A stretch of 64,000 nucleotides of DNA from an uncultured Gemmatimonadales bacterium (GCA_963798915.1 CAWCVB010000005.1:281291-345290), one strand, 5' to 3'. Positions 8,744 to 18,879 are shown, counted from the first letter of the stretch. Translations and numbers: made by a program. Notes: a model not told the origin generated them from the letters alone.

Positions 8744-11700
8744 AAGTTGCCGGGCATGCGCTGCGCCACCGCGCCGCAGTTCAGCTGACCGTCGTCCTGC
8801 TCGCACTGGGCGGCGTCTGGGCACTTTTCACCCTGCCAGCCGGAATCTATCCCGAGGTGACCTTTCCGCGGATCGTGGTTCTCGCCCGTGGAGGCACCTT
8901 CGAAGCGGACGAAATGACAGTGGCGGTCACCCGGCCGCTGGAACAGGTGATGACCGGCATCATCGGGCTCCGCCGCATCCGTGCTCGCACCGTCCGCGGC
9001 TCCACTGAGCTGAGCCTGGACTTTCGTCCCGGCGCCGACATGCAATTCGCGCTGAGCCAGGTGCAGGGTCGCCTGGCGTCCGAGGCGGGCGCGCTGCCGC
9101 CGGAACTCGACCTGCGCGCCGAGCGGCTCACGCCCTCGGTCTTTCCCATGCTGCAGTATGAACTGACCGGCACCAACCCGCTGGCTCTGCGTGACCTCGC
9201 GGAGTTCACCATCCGGCCCCGGCTGGCCGGCATCCAGGACGCAGGCGAGATCGAAGTGCAGGGCGGCCGGGTGCGGGAGATCAGTGTGCAGCTCGATCCC
9301 ACCCGGCTCATCGCCGCGCACGTGGGAGTTGACGAAGTGGCCCTCGCCATCGAGAACGCGGATCGCGCCGAGGCGGCGGGCCGGCTGGAGCGGGACTATC
9401 GGCAATACGCCATTATGGTCACGGGACTGACCAGCACGCCCGACGCAGTGCGCGGCGTGGTGGTCCACATGGTTGGTGATCGCCCGGTGCGGGTGGGGGA
9501 TCTCGGCTCAGTTGGCTATGGCGCGGAAGATCTGTTTCAGATCGTGGCCGGGAACGGCCAGCCGGCGGCACTGGTGAACATCGCTCGACAACCCGATGGC
9601 AACATGCTGCGGCTGCAGCAGTCGGTCCACGCTGTCATGGACTCGATCCGACCCGAACTACCTGTCGGTGTGCGGCTGCAGCCGGTCTATGACCAGGCCG
9701 CACTGGTGCGGGAATCCATGAAGAGCGTTCGGGACGCCATCCTGCTGGGCGGTGCGCTGGCGGTCATCGTGCTTCTGTTGTTTCTGGGGGAGTGGCGCAC
9801 TACGCTCGCCGCGGCCCTCTCCCTTCCGCTCACGGTGGCCATCACACTGCTCGGCTTGGCTGTGGCCGGCGACTCGCTCAACCTGATGAGCCTGGGCGGT
9901 CTTGCCGTGGCGATCGGCATCATCATTGACGATGCCGTCGTGGTGGTCGAGAACATCCAGCGGCGCCTGGCGCTGCATCCCGATCTCCCGCCCATTGATG
10001 TCATCCGCGACGGTACCGACGAGATATTCGGTCCGGTGGCGGGCTCCACGCTGACGACGGTGGTAGTCTTCGCACCCCTCGGCCTGCTCACTGGCGTGGT
10101 GGGAGAGTTCTTTCGCTCGTTCGCGCTCGCGCTTGCCATCGCCGTGCTGCTCTCGCTGGTTCTCGCCATCACTCTTATTCCAATCGTCGCCGGGCGACTG
10201 CTTTCCCGCGTGCGGGATGCATCAGGGGCCAGCCGGAAACCGCTGCCCAGCATTCCCCTGGCCCGGACCGAAGCACGCTATGGCCGCACCATAGGCTGGG
10301 TGCTGGCGCACCGCGCGGTGGCCATCGGCGCCGCGATGGCACTCTTGGTCATCTCGCTGGGGCTGACACGGGTCATGGGCACCGGGTTCCTCCCCGAAAT
10401 GGACGAGGGGGGATTCATCCTCGATTACCGTGCGCCCGCCGGCGGCGCCCTCAACGAAACCGACCGGCAGATGAAGATCATCGAAGGAATTCTTCGGGCC
10501 GATCCCGATATCCAGGCGTTCACCCGCCGCACCGGCAGCGAACTGGGCTTTGCGGCGACGGCGCCCAACACCGGCGACTTCACTGTGCTGCTCAAGCCCC
10601 GGGGCGTCCGCCGGGCTTCCGTCTATAAGGTGATGGATCGGGTCCGTGCGGCGGCGGAGACATCGGCACCCGCAGTCGAGGTGGAGTTTGTCCAGCTCAT
10701 GCAGGATGTGATCGGCGACCTGGCCGGGTCGCCCGAGCCGCTGGAGCTCAAGCTCTTCAGCCGGGACCACGTCGCGTCCCAGCGCGCGGCGGTCGCGGTG
10801 GCGCATGCCATCGAGACAACGCCGGGCCTGGTGGACCTGTTCGATGGGGTACAGGGGCCCAATCCCGAAGTCAGGATCGAGTTGGATCCGCTGCGGGTCA
10901 GCCGGCTCGGACTTACTGGCGCCGATGTTGATGCGCAGGCGCGCTCGGCGTTGTTCGGCGCCGAGGCTGGCACCGCGCGAGAGCCCGACCGGCTGGTGCC
11001 CATCCGGGTGCGGCTGCCGGACAGCGTCCGATACCAGCCCGACGTGGTGCGGCATCTGCCAATCGTTGGACCGAACGGCTGGCTCCCGCTCGGCGCCCTC
11101 GGAACCGTGAGCGACACCGTCGGCTCCAGCGAACTGCTGCGGGAAAACCTGCGACCCTACGTGGCCGTCACCGGCCGCACCAGCGGCCGGAGCCTCGGCA
11201 GCGTCATTGCCGATGTGCGCCGCGCACTGCGCGGGGTGACGCTGCCAGCCGGCGTGTCACTGGAGATCGGTGGCCAGTATGCCAGCCAGCAGGCGGCCTT
11301 CCGCGAACTGCTCGGCGTGCTGGCCCTCGCGCTCGGTGCCGTGCTGCTGGTGCTGGTGATCCAGTTCGAGAGCTTCCGAGGGCCGCTTGCGATCGTCCTC
11401 GCCGTGCCGCTCGGGCTGACCGGGGCCGTGCTGGTGCTCGCGGCGACGGGCGTGCCGTTCAACGTTTCCAGCTTCATGGGTGTGATCCTGCTGGTGGGAC
11501 TCATCGTGAAGAACGGGATCCTGCTGCTCGATGCTGCCCGGCACGCCGCCCGTGACGGCGCACCGCCCGGGGAGGCGCTCATCATTGCCGGGCGGGTGCG
11601 TCTCCGCCCCATTCTCATGACTACCGTCTGTACCCTGGCGGGGCTGGTGCCGTTGGCCCTGGGGCTGGGAGCCGGTGCCGAACTGCAGCGGCCGCTGGCG

Positions 11701-11802
11701 CTCGCAGTGATCGGCGGATTGCTGGTGTCCACGCTGGTGACCCTGCTGGTGGTGCCGGTTCTGCTCGCGAGCTTCGGCGCGCTCCGGCCGCAGCATGATT
11801 GA
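8740..11802 (+). CDS. RND efflux permease (AcrB/CzcA superfamily)
   Basis: 1020 aa; NLMSLGGLAVAIGIIIDDAVVVVEN, FLPEMDEG, RLRPILMT. Confidence 0.95.
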   Translation: MKVAGHALRHRAAVQLTVVLLALGGVWALFTLPAGIYPEVTFPRIVVLARGGTFEADEMTVAVTRPLEQVMTGIIGLRRIRARTVRGSTELSLDFRPGADMQFALSQVQGRLASEAGALPPELDLRAERLTPSVFPMLQYELTGTNPLALRDLAEFTIRPRLAGIQDAGEIEVQGGRVREISVQLDPTRLIAAHVGVDEVALAIENADRAEAAGRLERDYRQYAIMVTGLTSTPDAVRGVVVHMVGDRPVRVGDLGSVGYGAEDLFQIVAGNGQPAALVNIARQPDGNMLRLQQSVHAVMDSIRPELPVGVRLQPVYDQAALVRESMKSVRDAILLGGALAVIVLLLFLGEWRTTLAAALSLPLTVAITLLGLAVAGDSLNLMSLGGLAVAIGIIIDDAVVVVENIQRRLALHPDLPPIDVIRDGTDEIFGPVAGSTLTTVVVFAPLGLLTGVVGEFFRSFALALAIAVLLSLVLAITLIPIVAGRLLSRVRDASGASRKPLPSIPLARTEARYGRTIGWVLAHRAVAIGAAMALLVISLGLTRVMGTGFLPEMDEGGFILDYRAPAGGALNETDRQMKIIEGILRADPDIQAFTRRTGSELGFAATAPNTGDFTVLLKPRGVRRASVYKVMDRVRAAAETSAPAVEVEFVQLMQDVIGDLAGSPEPLELKLFSRDHVASQRAAVAVAHAIETTPGLVDLFDGVQGPNPEVRIELDPLRVSRLGLTGADVDAQARSALFGAEAGTAREPDRLVPIRVRLPDSVRYQPDVVRHLPIVGPNGWLPLGALGTVSDTVGSSELLRENLRPYVAVTGRTSGRSLGSVIADVRRALRGVTLPAGVSLEIGGQYASQQAAFRELLGVLALALGAVLLVLVIQFESFRGPLAIVLAVPLGLTGAVLVLAATGVPFNVSSFMGVILLVGLIVKNGILLLDAARHAARDGAPPGEALIIAGRVRLRPILMTTVCTLAGLVPLALGLGAGAELQRPLALAVIGGLLVSTLVTLLVVPVLLASFGALRPQHD

Positions 11803-11844
11803 TCGATTCACTCTTCATCTTCCGCGAGGCGTCCGATGGGTTCA

Positions 11845-12876
11845 ATGAAACAGATCGCGCTGACGCTCCTGGTTCCGGTCATCATGGCGTCGGCGGTGCA
11901 GGGGCAGCAGGCACGACCGGCTGCTTATCACATCGTGCGGCAGATATCCGTGCCCGGCGACGGCGGCTGGGACTACCTGGCCTACGATCCCGGCACGCAT
12001 CACCTCTTTGTGAGCCACGGAACCGAGGTAGCCGTGGTCAACCCGGACAGCGGAACCGTTGCGGGGAGGATTCCGGACACTCCCGGTGTGCACGGTATCG
12101 CCTTCGCGCCGGACCTCAACCGAGGGTACGTGAGCGATGGACGGGATACCACCGTGACGGTGTTCGATCTCCACTCTCTGGCGGTGCTGCAACGGGTCCA
12201 TGTCACCGGCGCGAACCCCGACGCCATCATGTACGAGCCGACGACGCACCGGGTCTTCACCTTCAATGGCCGGGGCGACAACGCGACGGCGCTCGACGCC
12301 CGGACCGGGGCGGTAGTCGGCACCATTGCGCTGGGCGGTAAACCGGAGTTCGCGGTCGCCGATGGCCACGGCGGGGTATTCGTCAACATCGAAGACCAGG
12401 GCGAAATCGTGGCGTTTGATGCCAGCACGCTCAGTGAACGGGCTCGCTGGACCCTGCCAGGCTGCGAGGAGCCATCCGGGCTCGCCTACGATGCCGCGCA
12501 CGGAAGGCTGTTCTCGGCCTGCGGCAACGGGCGGATGGTGATCCTCGATTCGAAATCCGGGAAACTCGTGGCGAGCATCCCGATCGGGGACGGGGTGGAC
12601 GCCGCACGCTTTGACGCCGCCACCGGACTGGCCTTCGCTTCCAACGGCGAAGGGACGCTGACCGTGATCCACGAGGAGACGCCCGACAGCTTCCGGGTCA
12701 TCGAAAGCGTGCAGACCCAGCCGGGCGCTCGCACCATGGAGCTGGATCCCGTCACCCACCGCGTCTTTCTGAGCGTGGCGTCGTTCGGGCCAGCCCCTGC
12801 GGCCACCGCGCAGCAGCCGAGGCCCCGGCGGACCTTGGTGCCGGGCTCTTTCCGGGTGCTGGTCCTGGCGCCTTGA
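11845..12876 (+). CDS. Secreted YncE-family beta-propeller protein
   Basis: Signal peptide; GDGGWDYL, GVHGIA, NPDAI, GKPEFAV, GARTMELD blades. Alternative start at 11836. Confidence 0.88.
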   Translation: MKQIALTLLVPVIMASAVQGQQARPAAYHIVRQISVPGDGGWDYLAYDPGTHHLFVSHGTEVAVVNPDSGTVAGRIPDTPGVHGIAFAPDLNRGYVSDGRDTTVTVFDLHSLAVLQRVHVTGANPDAIMYEPTTHRVFTFNGRGDNATALDARTGAVVGTIALGGKPEFAVADGHGGVFVNIEDQGEIVAFDASTLSERARWTLPGCEEPSGLAYDAAHGRLFSACGNGRMVILDSKSGKLVASIPIGDGVDAARFDAATGLAFASNGEGTLTVIHEETPDSFRVIESVQTQPGARTMELDPVTHRVFLSVASFGPAPAATAQQPRPRRTLVPGSFRVLVLAP

Positions 12877-13066
12877 CGGCCGGCAGCCAGGGCGTGAGCG
12901 CCTGGCACTGGATGTCATAGAACGTGCCCTGCGATCGATGCCAAGGCTGGGCCCAGCGTTCGACCAGATGCGTGATGGGTTATGGCGTGATCAGGAAGTG
13001 ACAGATGTGCTGTGGGCTACGAGCTATGCGCAGTGCGACGATAAAGCGCGTAGCTCGCAGCACACA

Positions 13067-13140
13067 CGGGCCCGGCGAGATTCGAACTCACGACCTCTTG
13101 CTCCGGAGGCAAGCGCTCTATCCAGCTGAGCTACGGGCCC
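13067..13140 (-). tRNA. tRNA-Arg(CCG)
   Basis: GGGCCCG acceptor stem; anticodon arm CTTGC-CTCCGGA-GCAAG; TTCGAAT T-loop; CCA not encoded. Confidence 0.96.
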
Positions 13141-13414
13141 TGGGGAGCGGAAAGGTCGTCACCGCAAGCGCTTTGCGCAAGCGGCCGCGAGGGCGCCCTC
13201 GGCAGGTCGTCTGCGAAGCCGGCCCGGCCTCGATTCACGGCCTCCCCTTCTGCCGCATGTTTCGCTGGTGGACGCGCCGCGAGACATCACCGCATTCCCC
13301 GACCATGCCGCCAGTGATAATTGTCACGGCGCCACGCACGCCGAGGTCGCAGCTTACCCACTTGTCCGGTCACCACAGACCGGACGCCCGGGTCCCTTCT
13401 GCCCCTTGAGGTGC

Positions 13415-14224
13415 ATGATGCATATATCCTATTCACGACTCACCCTGGGACTTGTCGCCTCAGCGACCCTGGCGGCCTGCGCCGGCAACCCCTCGCCTGA
13501 AGACACGGCGGCCGCCGATACCACCGCTCCCAATGCCGGCGTCATGGCCGCTCCGTCCCCGGATACGACCAGGCGCGATACCACGATCATCACGCGCGAC
13601 ACCAGTCAGGCCATGCCTGCCGACTCCGCCATGGTGCCCCCAACAGATACGACCATGATGCCACCGGCGCGTGATACATCGGCCATGGTGTCGCCCACCG
13701 ACACAGCGGCAATGCCGCCACTCCAGGACACCACCGCCATGCCGGCGGACACCAGCATGGCCATGGCGGCCAGCGGTGCTGCCGTGACGGCCAAGATGGA
13801 AGGTGCCGCCGGGCGCGATCTGGGCACCCTCACGCTGACCGAGTCAGGGGGCGGCATTGCGGTATCCGGACAGCTCGTCGGCCTCCCTCCGGGAGAACAT
13901 GGATTCCATGTCCACGCCGTCGGCAAGTGCGAAGGTCCGTCCTTCGAATCCGCCGGAGCGCACTGGAATCCGACCAACAAGGCGCACGGCACCGATAACC
14001 CGGCCGGTCCCCACCTGGGCGACCTGCAGAACTTGACTGTGGGAGACGATAGCTCGGTGACTGTGCACGCCACCACGCCGAGTGGCACCCTGCATGGCGA
14101 AAACCCCCTGCTGGATGGCGATGGAGCAGCGATCGTGATTCACGCTGCGGCGGACGACTACCAGAGCAATCCCGCCGGAAACTCCGGCAAGCGGATCGCC
14201 TGCGGCGTGGTGCAGGGGAGCTGA
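13415..14224 (+). CDS. sodC: Cu/Zn superoxide dismutase lipoprotein with long repetitive linker
   Basis: Lipobox LAAC; HGFHVH, AGAHWNP, HG...PHLGDL, VIHA, GNSGKRIACGV. Confidence 0.92.
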   Translation: MMHISYSRLTLGLVASATLAACAGNPSPEDTAAADTTAPNAGVMAAPSPDTTRRDTTIITRDTSQAMPADSAMVPPTDTTMMPPARDTSAMVSPTDTAAMPPLQDTTAMPADTSMAMAASGAAVTAKMEGAAGRDLGTLTLTESGGGIAVSGQLVGLPPGEHGFHVHAVGKCEGPSFESAGAHWNPTNKAHGTDNPAGPHLGDLQNLTVGDDSSVTVHATTPSGTLHGENPLLDGDGAAIVIHAAADDYQSNPAGNSGKRIACGVVQGS

Positions 14225-14332
14225 ATCCGCTCTGCCAAGGGGCGCTCCGTCGGGTCTCCGGTGGCGCCTGCGGATCCGGTTTGGGCAGGACGACAGGGAC
14301 CAGATTGAATCTGATATGAGGGAGGTCATCCC

Positions 14333-14995
14333 ATGTTGCTGGATTATTGCCATCACAAGACCCAGGCAGCCTTCGCCGTCATGGCGGCACTGATCGCCGT
14401 CACTGGCTGCTCGAATAATCGGCAGGATGCCGCCGCCAGGGCGAGCGATAGCGTCAGCATGGCGGCACCGGCGGCCGATAGCACGACCGGCATGGCCGGC
14501 GTGCAGCTCAATGACGCCAAGATCGCCGACATTGCCGTCACCGCCAATTCGCTTGACAGCGCCGCTGGCGCGCTCGCGCTGAAGCAGGCCCAGAGCAAAG
14601 CTGTCAAGGACTTTGCCCAGACCATGATCCACGATCACTCGGCGGCGAACCGGAAGGCCGAGCAGCTGGCGACCGAGCTCAACCTGTCGCCGGAAGGCAA
14701 CAAAGTCAGCGATCAGCTCAAGGACGAGGCCGACAACGCAACCTCCGATCTCAAGGACCTGAAGGGCGCGGCGTTCGACCGGGCCTACATGGATCACGAA
14801 ATTGCCGTGCATACGTCGGTGCTGGCGTCGCTGGACAATACGCTCATTCCCGGCGCCGGGAACGCCGAGCTGAAGCAGTTCCTGAGTTCCATCCGGCCGA
14901 CCATCGCCGGGCACCTTGCCCGCGCCAAGTCAGTGAGGAAGGATCTCGGCGGGACCGACTCGCCCAGCGCTCGGGATTCAGCCCGGATGCCATAG
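14333..14995 (+). CDS. DUF4142-domain lipoprotein
   Basis: Lipobox VTGC; VKDFAQTMIHDH, GAAFDRAYMDHEIAVH, IAGHLARA. Confidence 0.85.
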   Translation: MLLDYCHHKTQAAFAVMAALIAVTGCSNNRQDAAARASDSVSMAAPAADSTTGMAGVQLNDAKIADIAVTANSLDSAAGALALKQAQSKAVKDFAQTMIHDHSAANRKAEQLATELNLSPEGNKVSDQLKDEADNATSDLKDLKGAAFDRAYMDHEIAVHTSVLASLDNTLIPGAGNAELKQFLSSIRPTIAGHLARAKSVRKDLGGTDSPSARDSARMP

Positions 14996-15055
14996 GCTTG
15001 TACCGGAGCCGCGCAGCGCCGAAGCGGTGCTGCGCGGTCGTGGCAACTGGTCGGC

Positions 15056-15084
15056 TTGACATTACATGTTATAACAGCTATCTT
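15056..15084 (+). promoter_or_regulatory. Sigma70 promoter of marR with operator palindrome TGTTATAACA (15067-15076) in the spacer
   Basis: TTGACA (15056) - 17 bp - TATCTT (15079); ATG follows 6 nt after the -10. Confidence 0.75.
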
Positions 15085-15090
15085 CTGGGC

Positions 15091-15552
15091 ATGTCGCTTC
15101 AGGCCGAGATCAAGCAGACCCGCCCATTTCCCAGCCGCGCCGCCGAGGCGTTGTTGAGCATTCTGCGGACCGCGGCGGTGCTGGAACACGATCTCACCGA
15201 TGCGCTCCGGCCATTTGGCATCACGCCGACCCAGCACAACGTGCTCCGGATCCTGAGGGGTGCGGGTGCCGATGGACTGTGCGGCCGGGAGATTGCGGAA
15301 CGGCTGGTGGCCAGCGTGCCCGACGTCCCAAGACTGCTGGAACGGCTGGATGCCATGAAGCTCATCGTGCGGGAGCGGGACCCGGAGGACCGACGTCACG
15401 TGACCGCGCGCGTTACGCCCGCGGGCCTGAAGCTGCTCACGCTGGTGACACCGGAACTCGAGGCGGTGGAGCGGCGGCGGGCCGGCCGGCTGAGCGACCG
15501 GACCCTGCGGGCACTGATCAGCAGCCTGGAGGCGATCCGCGAAGGCGGGTGA
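15091..15552 (+). CDS. MarR-family transcriptional regulator
   Basis: GITPTQHNVLRILRG, PDVPRLLERL, RERDPEDRR. Confidence 0.92.
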   Translation: MSLQAEIKQTRPFPSRAAEALLSILRTAAVLEHDLTDALRPFGITPTQHNVLRILRGAGADGLCGREIAERLVASVPDVPRLLERLDAMKLIVRERDPEDRRHVTARVTPAGLKLLTLVTPELEAVERRRAGRLSDRTLRALISSLEAIREGG

Positions 15553-15574
15553 CCGATTTTCCTGAAGTGATACG

Positions 15575-15584
15575 TGTTATAACA
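15575..15584. promoter_or_regulatory. Second TGTTATAACA operator, upstream of doxX
   Basis: Exact copy of the 10-bp palindrome in the marR promoter. Confidence 0.72.
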
Positions 15585-15619
15585 GTGACAGTGATAACGT
15601 TTAACAGGGGCGGTGTGAT

Positions 15620-16177
15620 ATGTCGGTTTCTATTGCGGTAAGCGCGGGGTCACTGAGTGTCGGCCTCCTGCTGGCGCGTCTGGTGTTCGGGGGCCTGATG
15701 ACAGCCCATGGTTCCCAGAAGCTGCTGGGCTGGTTCGGCGGGCACGGTCTCGCGGGCACCGGCGCCTTCTTCGAGTCCCTGGGTTTTCGTCCCGGCCGGT
15801 TGTTTGCCACCGCGGCCGCCGTCTCCGAGATGGCCAGCGGTATCCTCCTGCTGCTCGGCCTGCTTGGGCCGGTCGGCCCCGCACTGATGGTTTCGGTGAT
15901 GATCGTCGCCGCCGGCAGCGTGCACTGGAAGAACGGGCTCTTTGCGATGTCGAATGGCATCGAGGTCCCATTGCTGTACGGCACCGGCGCGGTCGCGCTG
16001 GGACTGACCGGTCCGGGTGGGCTCTCAATTGACGCGCTGCTGGGACTGGGAGCGATGTGGACGCCGGTCGTCAGCGGCGGCGTGCTCGCGCTGGGCATCA
16101 TTGGTGGCTTTGCAAATCTGGCACTACGACACCGGCTCTCCCTCACGCCAGGTCGCCACGAGCCGCAGACCACGTGA
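15620..16177 (+). CDS. DoxX-family membrane protein
   Basis: RLVFGGLMTAHGSQKLLGWFGG, VHWKNG, GIE, GPGGLSID. Confidence 0.92.
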   Translation: MSVSIAVSAGSLSVGLLLARLVFGGLMTAHGSQKLLGWFGGHGLAGTGAFFESLGFRPGRLFATAAAVSEMASGILLLLGLLGPVGPALMVSVMIVAAGSVHWKNGLFAMSNGIEVPLLYGTGAVALGLTGPGGLSIDALLGLGAMWTPVVSGGVLALGIIGGFANLALRHRLSLTPGRHEPQTT

Positions 16178-16182
16178 GCCTG

Positions 16183-16230
16183 GGTGATCGCCGCTTCCTC
16201 TTGTGCGGAGACAGGAAGCGGCGACCCACC
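16183..16230. terminator. Stem-loop downstream of doxX (possible terminator)
   Basis: tcgccgcttcct ... aggaagcggcga inverted repeat; no U tract. Confidence 0.4.
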
Positions 16231-16447
16231 GGCGAAGGTGAGTGCATGAAAGCTACTGACTGACGGAGACCGCTGGATCGGGGGCAGGCGGCCCACTTGC
16301 GACTGCCTGCCCCCACGCACGTCCTGCCGCGTGACGGGATCGCCCTGGCCGGGCACGACGGCTCGTGCACGTCGGGAGTCGTGGCTATCATGCCAAGGTT
16401 GAAGACGCGCGTGCACATTTGACGTGATCCGGAAGGCGGAGATGAGC

Positions 16448-17812
16448 ATGGCGATCGTATCGGTGAACCCGGCCACAGGTGACGCCATTCAGGCCTATGA
16501 CGAGATGACTGCGGAGCAAGTCGCATCCGCGGTCGAGGATGCCAACGACGCCTGGGGCGACTGGCGCTCCGCGAGTTTCGGGGATCGAGCGGCGGTGATG
16601 CAGGGAACCGCCAGGATGCTCAGGGATCGCAAGGATGCCTTGGCTCGCCTCATGGCGCTGGAAATGGGCAAGCCACTGGCGCAAGGCGTCGCCGAGGCCG
16701 AGAAGTGCGCCTGGGTGTGCGAGTACTACGCGGAGCACGGCGAGGCCCAACTTGCGCCCGACCGGGTAGGCACCGAGGCCGCCAGGTCCTACGTTGCCTT
16801 CCAGCCGCTGGGCGTGGTGCTTGCCATCATGCCATGGAACTTTCCACTCTGGCAGGTCTACCGGTTTGCCGCCCCGGCGCTCATGGCCGGTAACGCCGGC
16901 GTGCTCAAGCACGCGTCGAACGTGCCGGGCTGCGCGCTCGCCATCGAGGAGATCTTCGTACGTGCCGGTGCGCCGCCGGGATTGTTCCGGACGCTGCTCA
17001 TCGGCAGCGATCAGGTGAAGAGCGTGATCGAACATCCACTGGTTCGCGCCGTGACGCTTACCGGGAGCACACCGGCGGGCCGGGCCGTCGCCAGCCAGGC
17101 GGGTGCAGTGCTCAAGAAGACAGTGCTCGAGCTTGGCGGCTCAGATCCCTACCTCGTGCTCGAGGATGCGGACCTTGACCTCGCGGCGGAGACCTGTGCT
17201 CGGTCCCGCCTCATCAACAGCGGCCAGAGCTGCATCGCGGCCAAGCGGTTCATTGTGGTCGGTGCGGTGCTGAAGGCCTTCACCGAGCGGTTGGTCTCGC
17301 GCATGGGCGCCCGGCGGGTAGGGAATCCTCTGGACGATGGAGTGGATGTCGGACCGCAGGCGCGCGAAGACCTGCGTGATGCGCTGCATCGGCAGGTGAC
17401 GTCCTCCGTCGAGCGTGGCGCCACGCTGGCGTTGGGCGGGCGCGTTCCCGACCAGCCCGGCGCGTTCTATCCGCCGACGGTGCTCACGGGGGTGACTCCC
17501 GGCATGCCGGCCTTCGATGAGGAGACGTTCGGTCCGGTGGCAGCCATCATCCCGGCGCAGGACGAGGCGGATGCAATCCGCCTGGCCAATCATTCGCACT
17601 TCGGGCTGGGGGCCGCGGTCTTCACCCGCGACCCGGACCGGGGCGAACGGATTGCGCTCAGGCTGGAAGCGGGCGCCACCTTTGTGAATGCACTGGTCGC
17701 CTCCGATCCGCGCCTCCCCTTTGGGGGGATCAAGCAGTCCGGCTATGGCCGCGAGTTGGGCAGCTATGGCATCCGCGAGTTTGTCAACGTGAAGACAGTC
17801 CAGGTGCATTGA
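16448..17812 (+). CDS. NAD(P)-dependent aldehyde dehydrogenase (succinate-semialdehyde dehydrogenase-like)
   Basis: IMPWNFP, LKHAS, TLTGS, LELGGSDP, NSGQSC, EETFGPV, PFGGIKQSG. Confidence 0.92.
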   Translation: MAIVSVNPATGDAIQAYDEMTAEQVASAVEDANDAWGDWRSASFGDRAAVMQGTARMLRDRKDALARLMALEMGKPLAQGVAEAEKCAWVCEYYAEHGEAQLAPDRVGTEAARSYVAFQPLGVVLAIMPWNFPLWQVYRFAAPALMAGNAGVLKHASNVPGCALAIEEIFVRAGAPPGLFRTLLIGSDQVKSVIEHPLVRAVTLTGSTPAGRAVASQAGAVLKKTVLELGGSDPYLVLEDADLDLAAETCARSRLINSGQSCIAAKRFIVVGAVLKAFTERLVSRMGARRVGNPLDDGVDVGPQAREDLRDALHRQVTSSVERGATLALGGRVPDQPGAFYPPTVLTGVTPGMPAFDEETFGPVAAIIPAQDEADAIRLANHSHFGLGAAVFTRDPDRGERIALRLEAGATFVNALVASDPRLPFGGIKQSGYGRELGSYGIREFVNVKTVQVH

Positions 17813-17884
17813 CTCCACGGTGCGGCCGGCTCACCGCGTCGGCGGCGCGCCAGTCCGCAGGCGCTGCGGTGGCAGATTGGCAGG

Positions 17885-18391
17885 TCAGCCGCCCTTGCGT
17901 CTCACCTGCCAATGACCTGTGCTGGGTGCCGGCTGCCGTTCACCGTAGGTCGTAAAGGTGCCTTCGATCCGACCGCCGCTCAGGCGTCCCGTGAATACCG
18001 TTTCGAGCATGCAGTCGCAATCAGGCGCCTGGTAGGGCAGAAGTTCGCCCCGGACCTCATCACCCTGCAGTCGGACAAAACGGATCGTCAATACCGACGG
18101 CATGGGCGCCGCTTGCTGCGGCTGAATCTTGTCCTGCCCGGCAGGCCGCAAGGGCCGGTCGGAGTTGGACGGAATCATGAGCACATCACCAGTCGCCGTG
18201 TCGTGCCCCGCCTCGAGTGTAAAGACGATGCTGCCACTGCGGCCCGTCTGTGCGCTGCTGTAACTGCCTTCCCACCGTCCGGCGAGGGCGCCGAGGTCGG
18301 ACCCGGCTGCCTCCACCGGAACGGGGGATGGATTTGCCGCACAACCGAGCAACACGCTGGCCAGGAGTGCAAACGAAAGGTGACGCGACAT
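17885..18391 (-). CDS. Hypothetical lipoprotein (beta-rich, CDC motif)
   Basis: MSRHLSFALLASVLLGC lipobox; LAGRWEGSY; RBS upstream. Confidence 0.8.
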   Translation of the reverse strand: MSRHLSFALLASVLLGCAANPSPVPVEAAGSDLGALAGRWEGSYSSAQTGRSGSIVFTLEAGHDTATGDVLMIPSNSDRPLRPAGQDKIQPQQAAPMPSVLTIRFVRLQGDEVRGELLPYQAPDCDCMLETVFTGRLSGGRIEGTFTTYGERQPAPSTGHWQVRRKGG

Positions 18392-18438
18392 GGCGGCTCC
18401 CTCCACGAGGTCAGCGACAGCCACTCGGCTGCGCCTGC

Positions 18439-18879
18439 TTACTTGATGGCAATCCGGCTGCGCGGCGATGGTTGCGCCTTGACGAGCCGGATTGTCAGCA
18501 TGCCGTCGCTGTAGCGGGCGTCTACCGTCTCCGGAGCGACGGGCTCCGGCAGCTGAACGCTCCGCACGAACCGGCCTTCTTCCCGCTCGCGCCAGAAGAA
18601 TTCCTCGTTTTCCTCCTGGCGGGCCAGCTCGCGGCGTCCCACCACCGTCAGCATCTGGCCATCCAGAGCCACATCAAGGTCATCCTTGGCCACGCCCGGC
18701 GCCTCGATGCGAACCACGAACTCCTTCTCGGTTTCGGAGAAGTCGAGCTTCGGTGACCACATCAGGCCGCCGTCCCGCGTGGGTGCCGGAAACGGGGTCA
18801 TGCGGAAGAAGCGGTCGAAGAGGCGCTCGAAATCATCCTTGAGCGCGACGGCAGTCTGGTTGGCCTGGGCGAGTTTCAT
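18439..18879 (-). CDS. Hsp20/alpha-crystallin small heat-shock protein
   Basis: WSPKLDFSETEKEFVVRIEAPG, ERxxGRFVRSVQLP, ARYSDGMLTI; AGGAGG RBS. Confidence 0.93.
   Translation of the reverse strand: MKLAQANQTAVALKDDFERLFDRFFRMTPFPAPTRDGGLMWSPKLDFSETEKEFVVRIEAPGVAKDDLDVALDGQMLTVVGRRELARQEENEEFFWREREEGRFVRSVQLPEPVAPETVDARYSDGMLTIRLVKAQPSPRSRIAIK

Noticed and set aside
7792..9468. Long antisense ORFs (also 3855..5144, 28060..29601, 54231..55670, 57550..58887, 58915..60306)
   Set aside because: Shadow ORFs of high-GC genes on the opposite strand, with no protein motifs or RBS.
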